A stretch of DNA of 64,000 nt, taken from contig NC_043003.1 of the NCBI RefSeq assembly GCF_006345805.1, positions 48,112,001-48,176,000 of the forward strand. Direction: 5' to 3'. This DNA comes from Octopus sinensis. Its lineage: Eukaryota. Positions 40,605 to 52,410 of this stretch are shown in pieces (positions within the stretch are counted from its first letter, which is position 1; each line of letters opens with the position of its first letter). Made by a program: the position numbers and the translations under genes. The notes below the pieces were generated by a model. The model saw nothing but the letters and a program-made list of their open reading frames with translations, had not been told where the DNA came from and did no database searches.

Positions 40605-41089
40605 CTGAAACTGAAACCAGAAAAATAAGATGTCATAAATGGAGAGGCACTAAAAATATTAATTTCTAATAAAAGCACAAGGCCTCAAACTTAAGTGGGG
40701 ACAGTTATAGTTGAGTAAAAATGACCCTGTTTCTGGTTTGTATTGTGTCTCATCAATTCAGGTACCAGCTATGCAAAATGTAACATGTTGGTGAAATATT
40801 ACTATGGATAGAGCCATAAGATAGGTCTAGAAAGAACAGATGAAAGAAAGCAGCAAAGAGAAGAACCACATCACTAGAAGCAATGCAACATAATAATACA
40901 CAGCACAGAGAAAAGCCGAAAGTAGGAGGCTTGCCAGTGTTCAATGCCAAGAGGATCAAAGGCATGAAGTGTTCTGGATTGTAAGGTAGTGTGTCAGAGG
41001 GAACCAAAGGAGAAAAGTGTGCTGATGGTGGCACACTTTCTCTAAATGGTGGTGGAAAAAAAAAGAAGTCTGGAGATATTACTTTAAAG

Positions 41090-43510
41090 ATTATTGAATG
41101 TGGAAAATGTGTGGAAGGAAGAAGATCCACTTAAAGTAACCCCAACAGAGGGAGTAGGTATCGAGGTCGAGAGTTATATGGTCAAGATGATCATTAAGTA
41201 TGTAAAGTCAGAAAAAGTAGGTGGTCCATCTGGTACAGATGCTGCAATGCTGAAAATATCAGATGACAAAAGACTGAGACCTCTAAGATATGCTGTGACT
41301 GCGAAGACCCGACAAATGAAGTAAGTTCATGGCTCGCAGGATGGCCTGCTGTGCTAACCTTGGATCGTTTGGTGACCCGCTGTACTTGAGGAGACCTATT
41401 GAGTCAAGTACATCAACATCAACATGAAAATGAAAATCAAATGGAAATTGTCTGTGCCGGTGGCACATAAAAAGCACCATCCGAACGTGGCCGATACCAG
41501 CGCGGCCTGACTGGCGTAAAAAGCACCAACCGATCATGGCTGTTTGCCAGCCTCCTCTGGCCCCTGTGCCGGTGCCACATAAAAAGCACCCACTACACTC
41601 ATGGAGTGGTTGGCATTAGGAAAGACATCCAGCTGTAGAAACACTGCCAGATCAGACTGGAGCCTGGCACAGCCTCCTGGCTTTCAGACCCCAGTTGAAC
41701 CGTCCAACCCATGCTAGCATGGAAAACGGACGTTAAATGATGATGATGATGATGATGATGATGAAATAGGACTGAAGTTAGTCACCCATATAGTCAACCA
41801 AGTAATATAGGGAGGTACCTGATGACTGGCATATCAGTATAATCATTAGCTACTACAAGATCTAAAGGAAATGCACTAGAAAGAAGTAACAACACAGGTC
41901 TCAAACTGATAAACCAAGTTATAAAAATAATAGAAAGAGCCTTAGTGCAATTGATTAAAATGAGAATCCTCTCAGATAAAATGCAGTTTGGTTTTTGTCT
42001 TAAGTCAGAGTATCACTGATGCTCTCTTTAAAGTGAGACACTTACAAGAGAAGTTCCTTGTCAATAATAAGCCTGTCTACTTAACATTTACTGCTCTGCA
42101 AAAAGGCCTCTGACAAAGTATCAAGATCTGTAGTTTGATAGCTGCTAAGAAAATTAGGATGTGATGAATAACTGGTGAGACAGAGCAATCCATGTATAGA
42201 GAAGCAGTTAACAAGTGAGAGTTGATGATGAGTTCAGTGAGAAATTTAGAGCACTAATAGGTGTCCATCAAGGTTCTACTCTCACCCACCTCTTGTTTAT
42301 TATAGTCTCCAGGTCATAACAGTGCAATTCAAAATCAGCTGCCTGCACACTGTTGACCAGGTTCATATAGCAGAAATTGTGGAAAATTTTAAAAAGAAGT
42401 TCCAGATGTGGAAAACAAAATCTAGAAGCGAAAGGCCCCTGAGTAAACTTAGCAAATACTAAGGTTTCAATAAGTTGGAAAGAAGACAGTACTCTGATAC
42501 AGACAGAGAAATGGCCATGTTTAATATGGTAGAAATTCCATATGATGTGCCTAATGTGATCTGTAAGTGTACAAGAGATATATATTTCTTTACTACCCAC
42601 AAGGGGCTAAACACAGAGAGGACAAACAAGGACAGACAAAGGGATTAAGTCGATTACATCGACCCTAGTGCGTAACTGGTACTTAATTTATCGACCCCGA
42701 AAGGATGAAAGGCAAAGTCGACCTCGGCGGAATTTGAACTCAGAACGTAACGTCAGACGAAATACGGCTACGCATTTCGCCCGGCGTGCTAACGTTTCTG
42801 CCAGCTCGCCGCCTTTACAAGTGTACAAGAGATATAGTCCAGTTAAAGATAGGCTGACAGTGAATAAAGACTGAAAATAGTAGATGTACAGAGGTAGTTA
42901 TCTTTCTTAGCACCAGTAAAGTAATCTCTTGCAATGCTCAGGAGATTTTATAGATGTAGCTGAGAGCTTCTAAGTAATCTAATTAAAAGTAGATGGAGGA
43001 GAGGGGGAATTATTAAAGCATAAATAACCAGAGCTGCTACGCTTTATAACAAAATGCTCCTCTCTCCGAGAGAAAGGTAGATTGTGTGATGCTTATGTAC
43101 AAATTACAATGTTGTATGGTAGTGAGACATTGGCACTGAATGCAGAGAGTGTCAGTAGGTTGGAAAGCAATGAAGCAAGCATGATCAACTGGACATGTAT
43201 GGTTAGTGTTGATGGATAACAAGGCACAGAAGTGCTGAGAGAAAAACTGGGTATAAAAGGAATCAGATGTAGTGTGCAAGAAAGACAGCTACTCCAGTAT
43301 GGACTCATTATGCATATGGATGATGACAAGAGACTGAAGAAGTGGAAAGAGATACAAGTGGAAGGAACTAGTGGAAGAAGAAGACCAAGGAAGAAATGGG
43401 TAGAAATAATGAAGGATGGTCACAGGATACTGAACCTTTCAAAAGAGATGACAAAAGAACTCAACAAGTGGCAGAATGTTGTGTTGAGGAAGAGCTTTCC
43501 AACCCATGCA
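41090..43510 (+). mobile_element. Degenerate RTE LINE (RT and C-terminus) interrupted by two SINEs
   Basis: KxGGPSG, MQFGF...QEKFL...KLG, LYGSET and EGTSGRRRPRKKW motifs across stops and frameshifts. Confidence 0.85.
42583..42818 (-). mobile_element. tRNA-head SINE family B (Meta/MESC-like core) with 18-bp TSD
   Basis: TSD aagtgtacaagagatata at 42565-42582 and 42819-42836; core gcctttcatcctttcggggtcgataaattaagtaccag. The superfamily label is from memory. Confidence 0.88.
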
Positions 43511-43828
43511 AGCATAAAAAAAATAATAAAGGCATAAATGTGATGATGATGATGATGATACATTACCCCCAGACTTCTACCATTCACTCATCATCATCAT
43601 CATTTAAACATCCCAATTTTTATATGCTTGCATATGGAGTTTGAGACAGATCTTTCTATGGCCAGATGCTCTTCCTGTTGACAAATCTCACCTGTTTCCA
43701 ACCAAGCTAATACTTCTCCATGACTAGACATGTTCTTACAGAATACTGGAAATGGATTTACAGTTGCCATGTGATGTCAAGACAAGCAGACACAAATAGA
43801 TTCACATTCCAATGTACATATTTACAAG

Positions 43829-43861
<33 letters not shown>

Positions 43862-44325
43862 CATCATCATCATCATCATCGTTTAACGTCCGTTTTCCGC
43901 GCTAGCACGTGTTGGACGGTTTCGACCGGGGTCTGGGGAGCTCGGGACTGCCCCAGGCTCCAGTCTAGTCTGGCAGTGTTTCTACAGCTGGATGCCCTTC
44001 CTAACGCCAACCACTCCGCGAGTGTAGTGGGTGTTTTTTACGTGCCACCTGCACAGGTGCCAGAGGGGTCTGGCATCGGCCACGTTCGGATGGTGCTTTT
44101 TATGTGGGGGGGGTGCAGAAATATAGGGGAGCACCAGTGGGGAGGGGTGGTTCAGAGAAATGATGACAGGTTCTAGGCAAGTAGAACGTAGGATATCGAG
44201 AGAGGGGTAATGCATGGTGAAATAGCGTATTGAAGAGGGGGGGGTTCGAAGAGTAGACACCTATAATGGTGGTGGGAGAAGCAACATCCGGTATAGATGG
44301 AGCAAAAATATAGATATTATTATTA

Positions 44326-44372
<47 letters not shown>

Positions 44373-44560
44373 TTTATATATATATATATATATCAACCTG
44401 AAGTCTTTACAATCTTTCTCTTCTTCTTTCCCTCCTGTCTTCTTTCTTCGCGTTATTTCAAATGATGACAAATAGCAAGTTGTTTGTTTTTGTTTGTGTT
44501 AGTGTATATATATATATATATATGTTAGAAGTATTGGGGGTGATGTACAGATTTAATACA

Positions 44561-44972
44561 TATGAAAGAAAAAAGGTGTTCAGAGTGCTGGATGGTTGTA
44601 GGAATGTATGTTTGTTTACATATCCCATGTTGTTTCTTCATATTAGCACTTTCAGCTACTCCTGTAGTTTCATCAGAAAATGGACTTGGGAGCATGTCCG
44701 AACTGTAAAGCCAATTGTCTGCGTGAAATAGAACCACATCGTAAAAACAGGAATACAGCCTCACAGCAACAGTAGTTGCATTTCAGCCATCCATTCATCC
44801 ATCCATCCAGATAGAATGGTGATGGTCACAGAAAAAATTTATTGAACTGTTTTGAAATATCAATATTTCTACAGGAGTAGTTGAAAGCACTAATATGAAG
44901 AAGTAGTATGTGATATGTAAATAAATATATATTTTTGCAGCCGTCCAGCATTCTGAACGCCTTTTTTCTTTC

Positions 44973-44975
<3 letters not shown>
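44561..44975. repeat. TA-flanked inverted-repeat element (about 110-bp arms)
   Basis: tatgaaagaaaaaagg...ctcctgtag / ctacaggag...ccttttttctttcata. Confidence 0.7.
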
Positions 44976-45006
<31 letters not shown>

Positions 45007-45067
45007 TCTTATTAAATATTTTTTTTCATTTTGTATGTATGTAATTTCGTGTTTTTGGCATCTGAAA

Positions 45068-45391
45068 TATACAGGGTCACCACAAAGTCACGCACCATGG
45101 GAGATATCAAGCATGCTTTATTAGCAATGAAGCAGGCAGTCCATTACAAATGTCCAAAGTGTTGGCCATGGAGCTCTAAACAAGTGTTCATACGGAATCT
45201 GAAATTGCGATGAACCCTCACGAATAGCTTTTCCTTGCTGTTGACTTGTTCAAATGTTTCAACAATTCTTTGACGAAAATGTCCTTTGTAATGAATCTTT
45301 TCAGAATATACATGAGATTTTATGTAGCCCCAGTAGGAAAAGTCCATGCAAGTCAAATCTGGTGACTGTGGTGCCCATTCAATTGGCCCAC

Positions 45392-45392
<1 letters not shown>
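45068..45392 (-). mobile_element. Tc1/mariner-superfamily (maT/DD37D-like) C-terminal remnant
   Basis: WAPQSPDLTCMDFSYWGYIKSHVY motif; end tacagggtcaccacaaagtc. Confidence 0.75.
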
Positions 45393-45431
<39 letters not shown>

Positions 45432-46529
45432 GTGTGTGTGTCTGTGTGTGTACATACACATACATATATATAAATATACATACATAGATATATATCGTTG
45501 TTTACGTTTTTAACTCGTTTATGTATTTCATATGGTTTGCACCTTTGGTGATGTCCTGTACCCATATATGCATATATATATATATATATATGTATATATA
45601 AATCCTCATTGTTTAAACATCTATTTCCCATGCTGACATAGGTTAGACGGTTTGACTGAGGTCCGGAAAGCCAGCGGCTGCACCAGACTCCAATCTGATC
45701 TAGCAATGTTTCTACAGCTGGATGCCCTTCTTAACACAACCACTCCAAGAGTGTAGTAGGTGCTTTTTACATGCCAGCAGTATGGGAGCCAGTCAGACGG
45801 GCCTAGCATCAATCACATTTGGATAGTGCTTTTTGTGTGCAACTGGCATGGGAGCCAGTCAGGGGGCACTGGCATTAGCCACGTTCAGATGGTGCCGTTT
45901 ATGTGCCACTGGCACAGGGGCCGGCCAGGTAGACCTAGCATTGACCACATTCAGATGGTGCTTTTTACATGTCACTGGCACAGGAGCCAGTCAGGTGGAC
46001 CTGGCATCAACCAAGTTCAGATGGTACCTTTTACATCCCACTGGCATGGTAACCAATCAGGGTGCACTGGCATCGATCGCATCCAGATGATGTATTTTAC
46101 GTGGAAATTGTGAAGTTAATAAGAGTTGATTATCAACAACAAATTGAACATTATCCCTTACAGTTGTATATTATTTTAAGGAAATCAATTCCCCACAAAA
46201 TATTAGGTATTGAACCAGTATTTCCTTGGATGACACTATCCTTTCATGAGGCTAACAACTTCTAACTGAATTTCATAAAAATATATAAATATATTTACAT
46301 ATATTTATATACAAAATGTAATCACATGTGAAATGTTGGTGATTTTTTTTTCCTTCGTCTTCCTTTCCTATTGGACTTTCCACTGTTTCCGAAGAAGAGG
46401 TTTGCTCAAAATGTAAACCCACCTTTCTTTCGTTCCCTAAGCGTCTGCAAATATTTTACATGTACCACATCCTCGTGTTGTTGTTTTTTTGGGGGGGATT
46501 TATTATATATAAATGTATATATATGTATT

Positions 46530-46572
<43 letters not shown>

Positions 46573-47384
46573 TACATATACATACATATTACACATACAT
46601 ATACATACATATATATATATATACAAACAAGCATATACATGCATTGGACACTAAACTCTGCTTGCGAAGACCTGTTGAGGCAAGTGAAATCGAAATCAAA
46701 ATCAAATTCGATGACTCGCATCCGTGCTAGTGGAGTGTTAAGAGCACCATCCGAGCATGATCGTTGCCAAAGCAGCCAACTGGCTTCTGTGCCGGTGGCA
46801 CGTAAAAAGCACCATTTGAGTGTGATCGCTACCAGTGTCACCTTACTGGCATGTGAAAAAACATTTGAGCGAGGTAGTTGCCAGTGCCACTGGACTAGCT
46901 CCTGTGCAGGTGGCACATAAAAAACACCATTTGAGCGTGGTCGTTGCCAGTACCACCTGACTGGCCCTCACGCCGGTGGCACATAAAGGCACCCACTACA
47001 CTCTTGGAGTGGTTGGCGTTAGGAAGGGCATCCAACTGTAGAAACTCTGCCAGATCAAGACTGGAGCCTAGTGCAGCCATCTGGTTCGCCAGTCCTCAGT
47101 CAAATCGTCCAAACCAGGCTCGCATGGAAAGTGGACGTTAAACGATGATGATTTTGATGATATACATACATATATATACATACACATATACTTACATATA
47201 TATACATGGTGGCCTAGAAGAGGTTAGAAGGGCCAAGTTGCGAAGACATTATTCTGCTTAGCAAAGGCATCTGGGAAATGTATAACTGCTGTCATTCACA
47301 GAAATACTATTGTTTTAACGTGAGAAAAGTGCTGTTGAAGTGTTAAGTGAATATATATAAAGCAGCAAACTGGCAGAAACGCGA

Positions 47385-47760
47385 GCACGCTGGGCAAAAT
47401 GCGTAGCCGTATTTCGTCTGCCGTTATGTTCTGAGTTCAAATTCCGCCAAGGTCGACTTCACCTTTCATCCTTTCGGGGTCGATAAGTTAAGTACCAGTT
47501 ACGCACTGGGGTCGATGTAATCGACTTAATCTGTTTGTCCTCTCTGTGTTTAGCCCCTTGTGGGTAGTAAAGAAATAGGTATTTCGTCTGCCGTTATGTT
47601 CTGGGTTCAAATTCTGCCGAGGTTGACTTTGCCTTTCATCCTTTCGGGGTCAATAAATTAAGTACCAGTTACGCACTGGGGTTGATGTAATCGACTTAAT
47701 CTCTTTGCCTGTCCTTGTTTGTCCCCTCTATGTTTAGCGCCTTGTGGGCAATAAAGAAAT
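47385..47760 (+). mobile_element. SINE family B with internal tandem duplication of its 3' half
   Basis: gtatttcgtctgccgttatgttctg...gggtcgataa...taatcgacttaat occurs twice. Confidence 0.8.
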
Positions 47761-48639
47761 AAGAAACCCGTCGTATATGTGTGTGTGTGAGTGTGAGTGT
47801 ATGTGTGTGTGTTTGTCCCCCCACCCACCCACCATTGCTTGACAACCGATGCTGGTGAGTTTACGTCCCCATAACTTGCCAGCATGGAAGGTGGATGTTA
47901 AACGATGATGATGATAATCATCATCATTTAATGTCTGTTTTCCATGCTGGCTTGGATTAGATGGTTTAACCAGAGCTGGTAAGTTGGAGAGCTGCACCAG
48001 ACTCCAGTCTGACTTGGCTTGATTTCTACAGCTGGATGCCCTTCCTAATGACAACCACTTTACAGTGTGTGTTGAGTGCTTTTAACATGGCACCACCTGA
48101 GCACTTTTACATGGCATCAGCATGAGTGCTTTTTTACATGACACCAGCACAGGACTCAGGCAACCCAATCCGCTTCACCAGGGGGGTGGGAGGTGGCCTT
48201 AACACTTCTGCTGTGGGAGATGGGTTTTCTTAAGTATAGCAAGGTGCCAAGTATCTTGGTCCTTTGTTATCTTGTCTAAAAGGTTCAGCATCCCGAGGTC
48301 ATCCTTCATTACTTTGTATGTGTGTGTGTATACATGCTGGGCTTCTTACAGTTCCCATAAATTTGTAAAAGTGCAAAAGGAGAGTGTGAGGTGAAGAGGA
48401 GGAGAATGCAGTAAATGATTACAGTTGGAGGGAGCTGGGGTAGGAAGATATATTGAGCAGAAGAGATTTGTTAGGGACAGATTGTGTACAGGTAGTTTAC
48501 AAGAACAGAATAGAAGAGAGAGAGAGAGATGTGAATATGGGTCAAGGGAAGGAGTGTTAGGAAGATGAGTTGAAAGGGAGAGATTTGTCAGAGATAGATT
48601 TTGTACAAGGACATAGACATCAATGTTGTGCCTCTAGGG

Positions 48640-49030
48640 CTTCATTTTTATTTAGCTGGACAGGTCTCCTCAAGCACAGCAAACCACCAGTCATCTCCGC
48701 TGTGAAGCTCAGCATCTGAAGGTTATTTTTCATCACCTTGTCTAATGTTTTCTTCTTCCACAGGTTCCAACTACATTTACAGACTGACATTTCTTCACAC
48801 AGCTGTTCTTATTGTAATGCATTACATGACCTTACCAGTGCAATCATTTCTCTTGCGTACTTCATCAGATGCCTCTTAGACCCAATTTCTCTGTACATAC
48901 ATTAACACTTTGTTGCATATCCATGCTCACATTGTGCATCTAACAGAAAATGCTGCCTTTATTTCTTTCAAGCCTTCTACATTCACAACATTTCACTACC
49001 ATTTAGGACTGCTGTTCTTACACAAGCATC
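48640..49030 (-). mobile_element. RTE LINE 3' fragment
   Basis: VKGKLYDACVRTAVLNGSE motif and downstream RTE C-terminal similarity. Confidence 0.7.
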
Positions 49031-49579
49031 ATATAATTTGCCTTTCACTGTAATGTAGAAGCCCTCACAGAAAACGTGAATGTCCATAATTAGGGCAAAA
49101 GAATGTATTCTTTGTAAGCAGGCAAAGTGACAGCTGTGGACATGATTCAATCTTACTTGAACACAATAGCAAAGCATGCATTGATCAGTAGAAACTTTGA
49201 CAACAGAAAAACAATTAGGATGATTTTTAACCTGTATGATTAATATGATTACAAAAAGTGATCCAAGGGAAATAACTGAAGTGGGCCAATGCCATAAATT
49301 TGGATACTGAAAGATGTATACAAAAACAAAAAATTCCTGGTAAACTAAAATTTGTTGATGTCATAAACATGTTGGCAAATATTTGCAACGACTACAGAAA
49401 AGAAAGAAAATGTTTAAAATTTTATGAAAATTTTTTTTTGGCCAAAGTAGACCATCTCTAGATTCCTTGAATTCTCCACAATTTTTGACAGAATGTAAAC
49501 AAGAGTAAATGGCAGCAGTTTAAAGATGTGCACAAGATTCTACAGTCAACACTTAAGGTTGAGACTGAAAGCAATGACA

Positions 49580-50060
49580 GCAATCACTGCTAGGTGTCTG
49601 TCCGGTTCAGTTGCATGGAGGTAGGAGATAATAAAAACCCCTATAACAAAAACTGCAGAACCACCAGGATGAAAAAAAAAACATCGCTAAGAATTGAGGA
49701 CCCTCAAAAAGCAGTACAAGGGAGCTAGAGAAGAACCACGAGTAGAACTGCGACACCACATGAAAAAGTTGATCGCTCTTCGTAGAGCAAAAGGACACAA
49801 TAGATAAAGAAAAGGGAGAAAAAGTATGCAGCTTTCATTTCCAATCCTTTAAGCTTCAATAAGAAGTTTCTTGGTGACAAGCGAACAGGTAACCTCGAGT
49901 ATTCAGCAGAAGTAAACACCTCTCTTTGCAACACCTACCCCAGGTGTACCCGCAACAGATTAATTTGGTCAGAACACTTTTACAAGCCCAGTACCGCAAC
50001 GGTTGAATCTGACATGAGCAGAGCAGTGGTTTCCTGCAATTGGAATGCAATATGGGACTT
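49580..50060 (+). mobile_element. RLE-type (HERO-like) non-LTR retrotransposon fragment
   Basis: Broken frames read ELRTLKKQYK...KKLIALRRAK...AAFISNPLSFNKKFLGDKRTGNL, resembling the pre-RT region of HERO/R2-group elements (recalled). Confidence 0.5.
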
Positions 50061-50689
50061 GATCAACCCCAGTTGGGTCAGTTAGGCGAGGGCTGATGGG
50101 GGGGGGGGCTGATGTAAAAACACCCGAAACATCACTGACAATACATCCGAGTCCGCAAGGTGTATTTTAAAAACTAAACTGTCGATAAGTACTAGAGGAA
50201 GAGGAATTTACACACAAGGACGTCTCTGTCACTGCCAAAAAAGTTTAGTCCAACAAATGTCAAGTGTTTCCAACCGAGGAATCACTAAAGCGTCAATTTT
50301 TAATTGAACAGAAATTTATCACGTGGCCATATGATCCCGCCAAAAAGTGAATTGATAACAATCGTAAAGATACGTCTGTAAAGATAATGAAAATAATTTT
50401 CACAGAAAAGGTATTTATTACTTCATAATTACTATTTTTCTTTAAAGAGTAAAGATAGCCAAACGCAATGCGGATCAGTTCAATATCGTGCGAAGTTGTA
50501 ATAACATCATGCATAATATTTTTCTCAAAGGGATCAGCGGTGTAAACAAAATGAAATAATAATGAATTTGTCTTACTTTCTAACTGTCACCCTAATCACA
50601 AAATGGGAAAATAATCCCCGAACATAGGACATATACATATATATGCCTATTTGAATTATATAACCATTACAAATGACTTTTCTGAAAGA

Positions 50690-50900
50690 GAAAGTGTCCG
50701 ACAAACAACACAACTTACCGGTATGATTTTCATAACATCCGGTGACACTGTATGCAATCAAAATTATTTCCCTTACATCTACGTGTTGCCAAACTTTATC
50801 GCTGAACCGTGTTTGTGTGTAGGGTGCGCGCGCGTGCGGTCGTGGCTTTTTGGTTTAGAAGTACATGTACTCCCGGGTCCCAAACAATAGGGTGGGGTTG
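50690..50900 (-). promoter_or_regulatory. Candidate SRBD1 promoter / non-coding first exon
   Basis: Local CpG enrichment (GCGCGCGCGTGCGG) in an otherwise CpG-depleted region; strong minus-strand donor CCG|gtaagt at 50718; lies upstream of the first coding exon. Confidence 0.35.
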
Positions 50901-51307
50901 GAATAAGTAAGTGGTTTCTAAAATTCATATAAGAGATTTGGGTTGGAAAAAGGGATTCGGAAATTGTTTAGTGGTAATTGTATAAAAATTTAAAATTTTC
51001 TAGGTTGTCTCCCTTGAATTTTTTAAAGTTTTTAAACCTGTTATTTACACTCGAGGCACAAATAAGGGGAGCAGGCTGTTGGAATAAGCGGGTGGGCTGG
51101 ACATTTGCTTAAATACATATAAGCGGGTGGATTGGAATAAACGGGGGTGGGAGGGAATCAGTAACTGTATAGTATATGTACAAAAAGTAGGGGGGAAAAG
51201 CATCTTAAAGCACATATAACGACACAACGAGGCAAAAGAAATTAACAAGAGGCAAGGGAAATTAGCGCATACGTGTGCTTCAAACATTCGCATTAGTTAA
51301 GATATAC

Positions 51308-52108
51308 GGATCTTTTCCTTTTGAACGGCAGTTTTCAACACAATTTCTAGTTAACTAAACGCTTTTAAACTTCGTATACTGGTAGAATGTGTTTATAAAA
51401 CATCATTTTTTCTTGGCTTTATTGAGAAAATTCTATAGTTTGTAAGATATTTCCACTTTAAAATCAAGCATTTCGGCAATTTTAACCAATCGCTGGAGTC
51501 CATTTGGGGTGAAAACATTTCGTGCTGCATGAATATGTCCTTCATTTAAGAAACAGATTGGGTATATTTACATTTGCGAAGAAAAAAAGATACCCTTCCT
51601 CCACCCCTAACCCTAAAACAGATTGAAATACAATAGATCGATACTAGGGTTATAATTATGGGTGACATTTTCATTTGACACCGCTAGAAAAAAATCCCAT
51701 TTTCCGTAGGGGTGTCGTATGAAATTGTCACCCATAATTATAACCCTAGTATCGATCTATTGCATTTCAATCTGTTTTAGGGTTAGGGTTAGTTAGAGTT
51801 AGAGTTAGGGGTGGGGGAAGGGTACCTTTTTTTTCTTCGCAAATGTAAATAAACCCAATCTGTTTCTTAAACGAGGGACATATTCATACAGCACGGAATG
51901 TTTTCACCCCAAATGGACTCCAGCGATTGGTTAAAATTGCCGAAATGCTCGTGTTTAAAGTGGAAATATCTTACAAACTATAGAATTTTCTCAATAAAGC
52001 CAAGAAAAAATGATGTTTTATAAACACATTCCACCAGTATACGAAGTTTAAAAGTGTTTAGTTAACTAGAAATTGTGTTGACATATGCCGTTCAAAACGA
52101 AAAGATCC
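51308..52108. repeat. Foldback MITE, about 375-400-bp arms, 28-nt spacer, with TTAGGG-like tract
   Basis: ggatcttttc...gacacc / ggtgtc...gaaaagatcc; ttagggttagggttagttagagttagagttagggg in the right arm. Confidence 0.88.
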
Positions 52109-52410
52109 AGATATACATTTGGATAATTAAAACAAGACATTTGTTAATTATAGTATTGACGGAATATCGATGTTATTTGTCATTGTGTGTGTGTATCTAT
52201 CATGGATTTTTCCACGAGTAACCTTTCAAAGCACCTTTCCCTATTGGGAGTTTTATTTGTTATATTTTTCGCTGTTATCTTAATCTTTACACGGACGTTT
52301 CTCTTTCGCAAAACCCTTTGTACTTTTCGTCCTGTGTTTGTCCTTACATGTTTTTTGATTTATGTTAGCCCTTGTGGCTAATAAAACCAGAATTTATTAT
52401 TATTATTATT

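Noticed and set aside
50293-50514. Minus-strand 73-aa ORF as an SRBD1 N-terminal exon
   Set aside because: No similarity to SRBD1 and no suitable splice sites or phase link to the exon at 40604.
51776-51812. Interstitial telomere or chromosome fusion site
   Set aside because: Only a few degenerate TTAGGG units, which are an internal part of a foldback MITE arm.
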